Of a DNA stretch of 64,000 bases, positions 46,161 through 58,046 are shown piece after piece (the stretch's first letter is position 1; each line of letters opens with the position of its first letter). Source of the stretch: Klebsiella pneumoniae. GTDB taxonomy: Bacteria > Pseudomonadota > Gammaproteobacteria > Burkholderiales > SG8-39. The stretch is from contig CAMDRJ010000001.1 in assembly GCA_945906755.1 (NCBI GenBank), positions 11,638 through 75,637 of the forward strand. Reading direction: 5' to 3'. The translations under genes and the position numbers were made by a program. The notes beneath the pieces are model-generated. The model saw only the letters and a list, made by a program, of their open reading frames with translations. It made no database searches and was not told the DNA's origin.

Positions 46161-47015
46161 ATGCCAACCAGTGAACCGGAGCAACTCGCCGCACAAATCG
46201 CCGGGTTGATCGAACACCGCTTCGGTGAATCCTGTGCGGTCGATGCCAAGCTTCAGGGCCTCGACGGCTTGTTTCGCATCGCCGATCATCGCGTCAAGCG
46301 CCACTACACCGATCAACCGGTCACGCATGAGTTGATCCGCATGCTTTGTGCGCTCGCGCTGTCCTCGCCGTCAAAGAGCGATCTGCAACAGCGCGACATC
46401 GTGGTGCTGCACGATGCCAGCCAGCGCGCGCGGATCGCGAATTTCTTTCCAGGCGATCCGTGGATGGCCAAGGCGCCGGTCTTTCTCGTCTTCTGCGGCA
46501 ATAACCGTCGGCAACGGCAATTGCACGCCTGGCGTGGTATTCCCTTTGCTAATGATCATCTCGATCCGTTCTTCAATGCCGCGGTTGATGCCGCGATTGC
46601 GCTCGGCACGTTTATCGCTGCCGCGGAAACCGTGGGGCTCGGCTGCTGCCCGATCAGTGTGATTCGCAATCATGCTGAAGCAGTGAGCGAAATCATCGGA
46701 CTGCCCGATCATGTGTTTCCGGTCGCCGGCATGACGGTCGGTTGGCCCGCCCACCACCGCGAGATCAGTCTTCGCCTGCCGATCAAGACCACCGTTCACA
46801 TCGATCGCTTCGATGACAGCGCGGTACGCGAGCAAGTTGAGGCCTATGACCAGCGCCGGCATGCGGTGCAACCAATTCGGCAGCAACGCGATGTCGCGGT
46901 GCATGGCGAAGCGAAGGAATATGGCTGGTCCGAAGACAAGGCGCGTCAGTACGCCAAGCCCGACCGGGACGATTTCGGCGCCTATGTGCGAAGACGCGGG
47001 TTCAAGCTCTTCTAA
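46161..47015 (+). CDS. Nitroreductase family NADPH-dependent oxidoreductase (NfsA-like)
   Basis: 284 aa. RVKRHYTDQPV ... SSPSKSDLQQRDIVV ... CCPISVIRN is a typical nitroreductase fold pattern. Confidence 0.8.
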   Translation: MPTSEPEQLAAQIAGLIEHRFGESCAVDAKLQGLDGLFRIADHRVKRHYTDQPVTHELIRMLCALALSSPSKSDLQQRDIVVLHDASQRARIANFFPGDPWMAKAPVFLVFCGNNRRQRQLHAWRGIPFANDHLDPFFNAAVDAAIALGTFIAAAETVGLGCCPISVIRNHAEAVSEIIGLPDHVFPVAGMTVGWPAHHREISLRLPIKTTVHIDRFDDSAVREQVEAYDQRRHAVQPIRQQRDVAVHGEAKEYGWSEDKARQYAKPDRDDFGAYVRRRGFKLF

Positions 47016-47839
47016 GCGTCCTTAAAATTCGGGGCGCGCTTTTCCTGCATGGCGGCGATGCCCTCTCTTAGGTCTGCTGACTGTTGACTGGCGACGTACG
47101 CTCGATCGATCGCGTCTGCATCCATCTTTCCACGCGCGATCGCGTTCAAGTGGTGCTTCATGCTGCGTACCACTGCGGGTGCCCCGGCGCTAAGCGATCC
47201 GACCATCGCCGTCACCCGGGCCTCGAACTCGTTCGGGGCGACGAGCGCGTCATAAAACCCATAGGTGTTCATCTCCTCGCAGGGGACGGGGTCGCCCAGC
47301 AGGAACAGACGCTTGGCGGCCGAGAGCCCAAGGCGCTCGACATAGCGGCGCATCGCGCCTGAGTAGTAGTGCAAGCCGATCCGCATCGCGGGCATCACGA
47401 AGCGTGAGCCGGTGACGCCGACTCGGAAGTCGCAGGCGAGCGCAAGATCGGTCGCCCCGCCATAGACGCTGCCATTCATCGCTGCGATGGTCGGAATCGG
47501 GAACGCCTCGATGGTGTCGATCAGCGCATCCCACTTGATCGAATGATCGCCCGCGTCAAGCTCGATGAGTGCCTGCAGTGTGTAGCCGGAACTGAATGTC
47601 TTCGCGCCGGTCCCAGTGAACACTAGCGCGCGGATGCCGGGCGTTTGCTCAACCGCGGCAAGGTGATCGCGCAGCACCGGAAGATCCACCGGATCAATGC
47701 GGTTGTGCTCGCGCGGTCGATTGAAGCGGATCGTGGCGCACACCCCTTCAATCGTTAGGATGGGCGAAGAAGAACCAATAGCGTCTGACATGAGAAGAGG
47801 CTCACACCTTGAGAAGAGTTCGGGCCGATTATCAGCCAT
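47012..47839 (-). CDS. Enoyl-CoA hydratase/isomerase family protein
   Basis: 275 aa. ATIRFNRPREHNRI and the MNGSVYGGATDLALACD oxyanion-hole block. AGGA lies 5 nt upstream of ATG 47839. Confidence 0.85.
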   Translation of the reverse strand: MADNRPELFSRCEPLLMSDAIGSSSPILTIEGVCATIRFNRPREHNRIDPVDLPVLRDHLAAVEQTPGIRALVFTGTGAKTFSSGYTLQALIELDAGDHSIKWDALIDTIEAFPIPTIAAMNGSVYGGATDLALACDFRVGVTGSRFVMPAMRIGLHYYSGAMRRYVERLGLSAAKRLFLLGDPVPCEEMNTYGFYDALVAPNEFEARVTAMVGSLSAGAPAVVRSMKHHLNAIARGKMDADAIDRAYVASQQSADLREGIAAMQEKRAPNFKDA

Positions 47840-47845
47840 CCGATT

Positions 47846-47943
47846 CCTGAGCGGTGCTTTCTCAGGTAAAAGAAAAGGGTGTAACGGGCCCTGCGGGGCG
47901 CGTTACACCTTTCACCTCGCGTACCTCGATCCGATGAAAGGTG
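47846..47943 (+). promoter_or_regulatory. Structured gcvT leader with mutually exclusive hairpins; the last one sequesters the SD/start
   Basis: cctgag/ctcagg (47846-51 / 47861-66). ggtgtaacg/cgttacacc (47878-86 / 47901-09). cacctttca/tgaaaggtg (47906-14 / 47935-43). Stems 2 and 3 share cacc, and stem 3 covers aaagg and the GTG. Confidence 0.35.
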
Positions 47944-49064
47944 CCGATGTCCGATCCCGTTGAGACGCTACTCGTCACACCGCTGAACGCGTTGCATCGC
48001 GCGCTTGGCGCAAGGCTCGTGCCTTTCGCCGGCTATGCGATGCCGGTGCAGTTTCCTGCCGGTATCCTCGCCGAGCACCTCCATACACGCACCAAGGCCA
48101 GCCTGTTCGATGTCTCGCATATGGGCCAGATTCGTTTGTCCGGGCCGGATGCCGCAGCGAGCCTGGAATCACTCGTGCCGGCCGATATCATCGGGTTGCC
48201 TGCCGGTCGGCAGCGCTATACCTATTTCACCAATGACGCCGGTGGCATCGAGGACGATCTGATGGTTGCCAACACCGGCGATGCACTCATGCTGGTGGTC
48301 AACGCCTCACGCAAAGCCAACGATCTTGCCTGGCTGCGGTCGCGAATCGGCAACCGCTGTCAGATTGAACCAATGGCTGATCGCGCCTTGCTTGCCTTGC
48401 AGGGCCCGGCGTCTGCGCGCGTGCTGGCGCGCCTTGTTCCGTCGGTCGCGGCGATGCGCTTCATGCAAGTCGCGCCGGCGACCGTCGATGGCATCGAGCT
48501 TTCACTGTCACGTTCTGGCTACACCGGCGAGGATGGCTTTGAGATCAGCGTGCGAGCGATGCGGAGCGCTTGGCCAAACGATTGCTCGCCGATGACGATG
48601 TTGCGCCCGCCGGCTTGGGCGCGTGGGATTCGTTGCGCCTGGAAGCGGGCCTGTGTCTGTATGGCCACGATATCGGCGCGACCATCTCACCGGTCGAAGC
48701 CGCGCTTGAATGGGCGATTCAAAAAGTGCGCCGGAACGGCGGTGCACGCGTCGGTGGGTTCCCCGGTGCGGCAATCATCTTGCAGCAGATCGAGCAAGGA
48801 ACCGCGCGTCGTCGAGTCGGACTGATCCCCGATGGCCGCGCGCCGATCCGCGAGGGCGAGGCCTTGTTCGATAGCGAACAACGCCACGTCGGCCGGGTCA
48901 CCAGCGGCGGATTCGGCGCATCGGTGAATGGCCCGATCGCGATGGCCCTCGTCGAAACCAAATATGCCGCGCCCGGACTTACTTTGACGGCGGTCGTTCG
49001 TGACCGACCACGCCCATGCCGCGTTGTCGCGTTGCCGTTTGTGCCACATCAATACTGTCGGTAA
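47941..49064 (+). pseudogene. gcvT: Glycine cleavage system aminomethyltransferase (T protein), disrupted by a -1 frameshift
   Basis: The N-terminal part is in the frame of ORF 47941..48825 up to ...GYTGEDGFEISVRA. The C-terminal part is in the frame of ORF 48570..49064 (DAERLAKRLLA...LRLEAGLCLYGHDI...). The frames meet at about 48558 with one nucleotide missing. Confidence 0.85.
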
Positions 49065-49092
49065 CACCGGCCTTTAAATTTGGAGTCAAACA

Positions 49093-49464
49093 ATGAGCAC
49101 ACGCTACACCGCCGATCACGAATGGATCCGGATTGAGTCAGGCGACGTTGCCGCCGTCGGGATCACCGCATTCGCGCAAGAGCAGCTTGGCGATATCGTT
49201 TTCGTGGAGTTGCCCGCGATCGGTCGCAAAGTGAAGAAGGGCGAAGACGTAGCGGTGATCGAATCGGTCAAGACCGCCGCGGATTGCAAGGCACCAGCGT
49301 CTGGCACGGTTGTCGAAGTCAACAAGGCACTCGAAGATGAGCCCGGCAAGGTCAATCAAGAACCTTTGAGCGGCGGCTGGTTTTTCAAGCTCAAGCTCGA
49401 CGCACCGGACGAGCTTGGCGCTTTGATGGATGAAGCCGCGTATCAAGCGAGCATCAAGAAGTAG
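49093..49464 (+). CDS. gcvH: Glycine cleavage system H protein
   Basis: 123 aa with the lipoyl-lysine motif VIESVKTAAD. Confidence 0.95.
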   Translation: MSTRYTADHEWIRIESGDVAAVGITAFAQEQLGDIVFVELPAIGRKVKKGEDVAVIESVKTAADCKAPASGTVVEVNKALEDEPGKVNQEPLSGGWFFKLKLDAPDELGALMDEAAYQASIKK

Positions 49465-49486
49465 CGGCATGCAGCGGAGATCAGCG

Positions 49487-52390
<2,904 letters not shown>

Positions 52391-52392
<2 letters not shown>

Positions 52393-52561
52393 AGGGGGAC
52401 GCTACCATTTATTAGTCCTGCTCTTTCCTCGGTCGTCCACGTGGACGAAATTGCAGCGCTTGCCCTGTCAGCTGCTCGGAAATAAAGGGGAGAAATAAAG
52501 GGGACGCTTCCACTTTGTAAATAAAAGGGACGGTTCCATTTAATGGAGTGATAAAATGGAA
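52391..52561. repeat. Array of REP-like AAAGGGGACG(C/T)T(A/T)CC units plus an orphan copy of the RAYT gene 3' end
   Basis: Units at 52391..52410, 52497..52516 and 52523..52542, with a partial unit at 52484..52492. 52391..52479 aligns with 54824..54911 (by eye roughly 85-90 % identical) and still encodes LTGQALQFRPRGRPRKEQD-stop on the minus strand. Confidence 0.8.
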
Positions 52562-52677
52562 GCCGGTATCAGGCCCTACCCTTTGCCATCCGAATCGGTC
52601 GTGCACTTGTCTACGAATGGCGGCGTACGCGTGGGTGTGATGTCGCTGAAAATCGGCGCGAATAGCCGCGCAAAGGC

Positions 52678-53364
52678 CTACTCGATGCGTTCATATGCCG
52701 GCAGGGTTAGGAATTCCACATACTCACCAACGGTGATTCTCTCGAAGAGCTGCGCGCCTTCTTCATATTTCCCGGCGCGCCAGGCTTCCTCGCCCAGATA
52801 AGCGCGCACCTTCGGCAGTTCTTCGGCGAGCAGTTGGCGGAACAGCTCCACTGTTACCTTGCGGCCATCGTCCAGCACGCCCTTGGTTGAGCGGATCCAC
52901 TGCCAGATCTGTGAGCGCGAGATCTCGGCGGTCGCGGCGTCCTCCATCAGGTTGAACACCGGCACGCAACCATTGCCGGCGAGCCACGCGCCCAAGTATT
53001 GAATGCCCACCGAGATGTTGTTGCGCAAGCCCGCCTCGGTGATCGGCGTCGAGGGCCGGAAGTCGAGCAGATCTTTCGCCGACACATTGACGTCGGGGCG
53101 TTGCTTGCCGTATTGGTTGCGCGCCGGCATGTGCTGGTCGAACACCGCCTTCGCGACCGGCACCAGCGCCGGATGCGCGACCCACGTACCGTCGCAACCG
53201 TCGGTGACTTCGCGCAGCTTGTCTTGGCGCACTTTGTCGAGAGCTGCTTCATTGGCCGCAGGATCGTTCTTGATCGGGATCTGCGCAGCCATGCCGCCCA
53301 TTGCCGGTGCATTGCGACGATGACAGGTCTTCACGAGCAAGAGCGCATAGGCGCGCATGAACGG
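52678..53364 (-). pseudogene. aceB: Malate synthase A, C-terminal fragment only (5'-truncated)
   Basis: FMRAYALLLVKTCHRRNAPAMGGMAAQIP ... DGTWVAHP ... NLMEDAATAEISRSQIWQW ... FLTLPAYERIE corresponds to roughly the last 40 % of malate synthase A. Nothing resembling the N-terminal part lies upstream. Confidence 0.85.
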
Positions 53365-53447
53365 TGTGCAAGCACCACGGGCTCGCGTTGCGCTGGTTCG
53401 ATCGCAAGCCCGTGCTGGCACGCGACAACGACCGCGAAGTGCAGAGC

Positions 53448-54425
53448 ATGATGCGATCGTTCTTCGAGTCGCCCGGCACGATCTTTCTTAATCGGGCCCT
53501 GCAGAACGACTCGGCGCGATTGAAATTCGATTTAGCCTCCCACCTGGCCCACAAGATTTTGCATGGCGGCGACGGGCTCAAGTCGCCGCATGCCACTGGT
53601 GGTCAAATGGGCGGGAGCCCCGCGGGCGTGCAGGTTGCAGCGAGCATGAGCCCGCAGGATGTCTTACATGCATGGCGGGATTTCGAATGCAGTTTCTTTG
53701 CCGGCGCGCTGCTTGCGCCCAAGGCGCCGTTTCGCCGTTTTCTCGCGCGCGAGTCGTACCGTGTGGAAGCAGGCGAGAAGATCGAGCTCACCCCTGCGGT
53801 GGTGATGCGCCGCATGACGAAGGTCTCACCCTATCCATACTGGCATTTCTTCGATGCCTATCCGCCCGGATATCTACGCGCGGTCTATCGCGGCAACGGC
53901 ATTCCGCTGCCCTGGGGAAACATGGCGCAGGTGTCCGACCCATGCCCCAATTGGGCGGTGTTCCGCATGCTCGGGGCGAGCCGCGGCGCGGACCGTGGTT
54001 CCCAGATTTCGGTGCTGCTCGATGGCGATCAAGCGCACCTCTATTGTTGTCACTCACGCCGCACCACTGACATGGCCGGCAATTCGCATGTGCTGTCAGT
54101 GGGCGTGGATCTCTCCCCGGCGCTGGATTCACACGGGGCGGAGGCGAAGAGCGTGGTGAAAAGCATCGCGGAGGCCTGCTTGCAGCATCACGGCGAAGCG
54201 AAAATTCCCAAGGCTGCAGAGGAGGCGATCCGGGCGGTGGCGAAGGTTCTCAACGTCGCGTGGGTCGAAGAAGCACTGACCAAGCCCGCCCGCATCATCT
54301 GCCCGCGCAGCATGCATTGCCCAAGGACAGAGCACTGTGATGGCACAGAGATGTCGCGGGCGCGCGAGATCACCGATGTGCGCGAAGAGATCGTCGGACG
54401 TTCGCGGCGGGGGCGTCAGGCGTAG
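53448..54425 (+). pseudogene. ScfR/RamB/PrpR-like regulator (ImmA-like plus DUF2083-type C-terminal region) lacking the N-terminal XRE HTH; probably 5'-truncated
   Basis: Blocks FFAGALLAPKAPFRRFL, VVMRRMTKV, DPCPNWAVFRML and the C-terminal Cys cluster CPRSMHCPRTEHC parallel the family. No HTH is encoded, and the ORF begins within about 80 nt of the aceB fragment end. Confidence 0.5.
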
Positions 54426-54439
54426 CAAGAGTTTTCGCG

Positions 54440-54790
54440 TCAGGTTGCCCAGACTTTCAATGAGCAATGCGATGCCGCATGGACAAAGTCATTGTCAGTC
54501 GTCAGCAGCGTCAGGTCATGGCGGATGCAGAGCTGCGCCAGCAAAGCATCGATAGTCCCGATCTGCACGCCTGCGCGGCGGCACAAGTTGCGCAACTGCG
54601 CGGCGTCGATATGATCTTGCCAGTCCGGGCTGAGGAGCGGCAATGCGGCAAATCGTTCGACAATGGCCTTGCGCGAGCGTGGGCCGGCAAAACCCTGCAG
54701 TAACTCCTGCAGAACGAGCCCGGTCGTGACGACGATTTCCTCACCGACCAGCGCTGTACGCAGAGCCTGGACTTGAGGCGAATTGGACAG
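54440..54790 (-). pseudogene. vapC: PIN-domain VapC toxin, 5'-truncated (no start codon, first catalytic Asp region and antitoxin missing)
   Basis: Minus-strand translation LSNSPQVQALRTALVGEEIVVTTGLVLQELLQGF...IGTIDALLAQLCIRHDLTLLTTDNDF is VapC-like. The reading frame runs into the REP units at 54798..54842 with no ATG/GTG/TTG before 54643. Confidence 0.7.
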
Positions 54791-54797
54791 CGGGGAA

Positions 54798-55577
54798 AAA
54801 GGGGACGTGGAAAAAGGGTGGGAAAAAGGGGACGTTACCCTTAATCCTGCTCCTTCCTCGGTCGTCCCCGGGGACGGAATTGCAGCGCTTGGCCCGTCAG
54901 CTTCTCCAATTTGCCGATAAATCGCGCTGAGCCGCAGGGCAGACCTCTATCAACATTTCGCCGCAGCACTTCGAGTTCCTGTGGTTCATCGCCCTCGGCC
55001 AGCCAGTTCGACCAGTTGCCGATCCCGTCGAATTGCCTGCGCCAGGAGGCGACGTTGGTCAGAACCGAATCAGCGCGCAATCCACAGTGCGCAGCGGCGC
55101 TGGACCAGTGATAGTTCTCGGCCTTGCGGACAATTTTCGCTCGGACCGGATTGCGTTCGACGTAGCGAATGGCGGCCCACAGATATTCCTCGTCGAGTGC
55201 CGACGAGAAGAATCGCCCTTGCCACAGATGGCCCTTCCAGCCGTGGCTGCGATTGACGCGCTGCGCATAACGCATGTGCAGCGGCTTGAGTACTTGGTGC
55301 AAGCCGTCTTCAGTTCCTGGCACTGCGACGAGATGGATATGATTGTCCATCAGACAGTACGCGAGCACCTCGACCTCGTGTTGCTCGGCGTAGGCCTTTA
55401 GCCAGCCAAGATAAGCTTCGCGGTCTTCATCGGTGAAAAACACAGGCTCGCGACGATTCCCCCGTTGCGTGATGTGGTGGGGTACAAGGGCACAGACGGC
55501 GCGGGCGAGTCTTGGCATAGCGGAGACGCCACCATGAAAGGTGAAAGCTGTGTAACTTAAAGGGTAACGTCCCCTTT
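54798..55577 (-). mobile_element. RAYT unit: IS200-like Y1 transposase gene bracketed by inverted REP-like elements
   Basis: The 18-nt core aaaggggacgttaccctt (54825..54842) and its exact reverse complement (55560..55577) flank the gene. There is an extra partial unit at 54798..54810. The left core overlaps the TAA stop. Confidence 0.8.
54841..55518 (-). CDS. REP-associated tyrosine transposase (RAYT, IS200/IS605 Y1 superfamily)
   Basis: 225 aa. HHITQRGN, the HUH-type motif MDNHIHLV, and the Tyr region AAIRYVERNPVRA. Confidence 0.85.
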   Translation of the reverse strand: MPRLARAVCALVPHHITQRGNRREPVFFTDEDREAYLGWLKAYAEQHEVEVLAYCLMDNHIHLVAVPGTEDGLHQVLKPLHMRYAQRVNRSHGWKGHLWQGRFFSSALDEEYLWAAIRYVERNPVRAKIVRKAENYHWSSAAAHCGLRADSVLTNVASWRRQFDGIGNWSNWLAEGDEPQELEVLRRNVDRGLPCGSARFIGKLEKLTGQALQFRPRGRPRKEQD

Positions 55578-55840
55578 AACCCCGAAATAAATGCGGCCAA
55601 TCCACTTCAGCCTCCTCGTCGGCCGATAAAGCGCGCGCGGTGTGACGAAAGCGCAGGCCGTGGCCGGGAACGGTCAGCACCGCCTCGCGACCCAGCCGCT
55701 GGCGCAGCGATGCGGCCGGCACGTTCAAGTTGTTGTCGCATGCGACCGCAATCGACCACGGGTAGTTCTCCGCGCGATTGACGCGCAGGGCATATCGCGA
55801 ATGCGTGGCGCGAAGTAGCCTCTCTTCGCATGCGATGCCC
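55576..55840 (-). pseudogene. Degraded second RAYT copy (N-terminus and catalytic Tyr segment deleted)
   Basis: ...LLRATHSRYALRVNR-AENYPWSIAVAC... aligns with LKPLHMRYAQRVNR...[about 40 aa missing]...AENYHWSSAAAHC of the intact copy. No HUH motif. Confidence 0.55.
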
Positions 55841-55855
55841 CTTGCAACCGTTTCG

Positions 55856-56818
55856 CTAGTCGAGCCCCTTTGCCTTCGCAAACGCGCGCAGCTCGTCAAT
55901 GTCTTTCTTGTGTTTGGATGCGCCCATCTCCCAGATGCTGTCGGCGAATACGCGCTGCACCTTCGCGGCTTGTTCTGGCCCCATTTGCACGATGGTCATG
56001 CCCTTTGCCAACAGCTCTTTCTCTTCATTGGCGATGATGCCTCTCACCGTGTCAAACCAGCGCAGTTCCGCTTTGCGTGCTTCGTCGAGAAAAATTTTCT
56101 GATCGGCCGCGCTGATCTTGTTCCACGCGGCGAGATTGACGAGAATCGGAATCGTGCCGTAGCCAAACGCCGGACGGACCAGATGCTTTGACACCTCGTA
56201 GTAGCGGGCGTCCAGCACGCCGTAGGTGGGATAGGCGAAGCCGTCCACCACACCTTTGTCGAGTGCGGTGTAGATCTCCCCGACCGGCATCGTTACCACT
56301 GATGCGCCCATCATGCGGATCACGCCCGCGTACGCCGGGTTGCCGCGGATCTTGCGGCCTTGCAGATCACCCGCGGCGGTGAGCGGCTGGCGCACGACTA
56401 GCTGATAGCCGCCTTGCGGGGAAAACGCCACCGACAGCACCTTCAAGCCGATGCGGTTGTACATCTTGTCGACCAGATCGAAAATCCCGGAGGAGCGGCG
56501 CTGCTCAGGCGTGCCGCCCAGCGCATCGAGCGAACCAAGGATCGATGTGGTGCCGAAGTGATAGACGCCATGCGTGAAGAGGAACTGGAAAGCGCCCGAA
56601 GCGACCGGCTGCAGTTGTTCAAACGCGGGGACCGTTTCCGGCCCGCTTACGATGAACTTGATGCGGCCATTGGTCGCTGCTTCCACCGCTTTCATATACG
56701 GCTCGGCGTATTGCGGCACCTGCGGGCTGTTGCGATCCCAGCCGTTCAACCAGCGATAGTCGGCTGCCACGACGTTCTGCGCGGCGATGAGCAGCGCCAG
56801 CATCAACACTTTCTTCAT
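55856..56818 (-). CDS. TRAP-type (DctP family) substrate-binding protein, orphan
   Basis: 320 aa. Signal peptide MKKVLMLALLIAAQNVVA. Close paralog of the next gene. Confidence 0.85.
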   Translation of the reverse strand: MKKVLMLALLIAAQNVVAADYRWLNGWDRNSPQVPQYAEPYMKAVEAATNGRIKFIVSGPETVPAFEQLQPVASGAFQFLFTHGVYHFGTTSILGSLDALGGTPEQRRSSGIFDLVDKMYNRIGLKVLSVAFSPQGGYQLVVRQPLTAAGDLQGRKIRGNPAYAGVIRMMGASVVTMPVGEIYTALDKGVVDGFAYPTYGVLDARYYEVSKHLVRPAFGYGTIPILVNLAAWNKISAADQKIFLDEARKAELRWFDTVRGIIANEEKELLAKGMTIVQMGPEQAAKVQRVFADSIWEMGASKHKKDIDELRAFAKAKGLD

Positions 56819-56858
56819 GTCTCTCTCCTATTGTTTTATAGCCGCTGCCAAGTGCTGG

Positions 56859-57818
56859 TCAGAGCCCTTTTGATTTGGCCAACGCGCGCATTTCTTCGAT
56901 GTCTTTTTTCGACTTCTGCATCGACAACTCCCAAAGCCCCTCGGCCCATGCGTCTTTCAGCTTGGCCTTCTGTGCGGCACCCATCTCGACGATCTGCATG
57001 CCTTTGGCGACCAGGGCCTTGTCTTCTTCCTCGGCGAGGCGGGCGTATTCCCGATACCAGATCGCCTCGTATTTCTTGCCGACATCGGTGAGGATTTTTT
57101 TCTCGGACTCAGAGAGCCTGTTCCAGGCCTGCAGATTCATGAAGATCGGATTCATGTTGAAACCAAACGATGGTCGCAACACGTATTTCGCCACCTCATA
57201 CCAGCGATAGTTGAGCGGCCCGATCACCGGCCATGCAGCGCCATCGACCACGCCCTTATCGAGTGCCGTGTAGATTTCACCAGGGGGCATCTGTACCGGC
57301 GTTGCACCGAGCATCCGGAAAACGGCTGTATAGCTTGGGGTGCCGCGGATCTTGCGGCCTTGCAGATCACCGGCTGGGCTCGGCGGCTGGCGCAGCAAAA
57401 TGCCGTATCCTCCATCTGGGGTCATCGGCGAGGCGACCAGTTTGAGGCCAAGCTTCTGATAATGGCGGTCGATCCATTCCAGTACGCCCGATGCGCGCCG
57501 CGACTTCTCGTCCCCGCCGACCCCTTCAAACGCGGTCAGCACCGGCGTCGTGCCGAAGTGGTAGGCGCCATGGGTATAGAGAAAGTGGAAGGCGCCCGAG
57601 GCCACCGGCTGCAACTGCTCGAATGCCGGCACGGTTTCCGGTCCGCTGTGAAGGATCTTGATGCTGCCCTTCGAGGCCACCTCGACCTCCTTGATGAAGG
57701 GTTCGATGATGATCGGCATCGCCGGATAGTTTCTGTCCCAGCCGCTTAGCCAGCGATAATCGGCCGCGGCGACGGCTTGCGCAGACAACAGCAGCACCAG
57801 CATTACTACTCGCTTCAT
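56859..57818 (-). CDS. TRAP-type (DctP family) substrate-binding protein, orphan (tandem paralog)
   Basis: ORF 56859..57857; start MKRVVMLVLLLSAQAVAA (57818). Shares long identical blocks with its neighbour (SGPETVPAFEQLQPVASGAF). Confidence 0.85.
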   Translation of the reverse strand: MKRVVMLVLLLSAQAVAAADYRWLSGWDRNYPAMPIIIEPFIKEVEVASKGSIKILHSGPETVPAFEQLQPVASGAFHFLYTHGAYHFGTTPVLTAFEGVGGDEKSRRASGVLEWIDRHYQKLGLKLVASPMTPDGGYGILLRQPPSPAGDLQGRKIRGTPSYTAVFRMLGATPVQMPPGEIYTALDKGVVDGAAWPVIGPLNYRWYEVAKYVLRPSFGFNMNPIFMNLQAWNRLSESEKKILTDVGKKYEAIWYREYARLAEEEDKALVAKGMQIVEMGAAQKAKLKDAWAEGLWELSMQKSKKDIEEMRALAKSKGL

Positions 57819-58046
57819 ATACATCTCCTTTGTCTCGTCGTGCGATCGTGGTCGCATCGTCGCTTAGAACCCGGGCGGGGGCCGGGACGGTTTCCTTGCC
57901 AAGCGGAGTCTACCTAGTTTGGGGAATTGAGAAGGCAGCGGCCGGCTCGGTCCTTCCGATGGGCAAACGCCCACGAGCCGACATGGTTGCTTGTCTGGTC
58001 GGGTGGCCCGACAATGCAGGTTCTTCTCAAGTCCTCAAATCATTCA

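Noticed and set aside
47792-47940. Canonical (tandem) glycine riboswitch upstream of gcvT
   Set aside because: Only ctcaggtaaaag resembles the conserved 3' segment. The near-invariant ACCGAAGGGGCAA core and the GGAGAG element are absent. The space available (about 100 nt before the divergent crotonase start at 47839) is too short for a tandem aptamer. I report it only as a structured leader.
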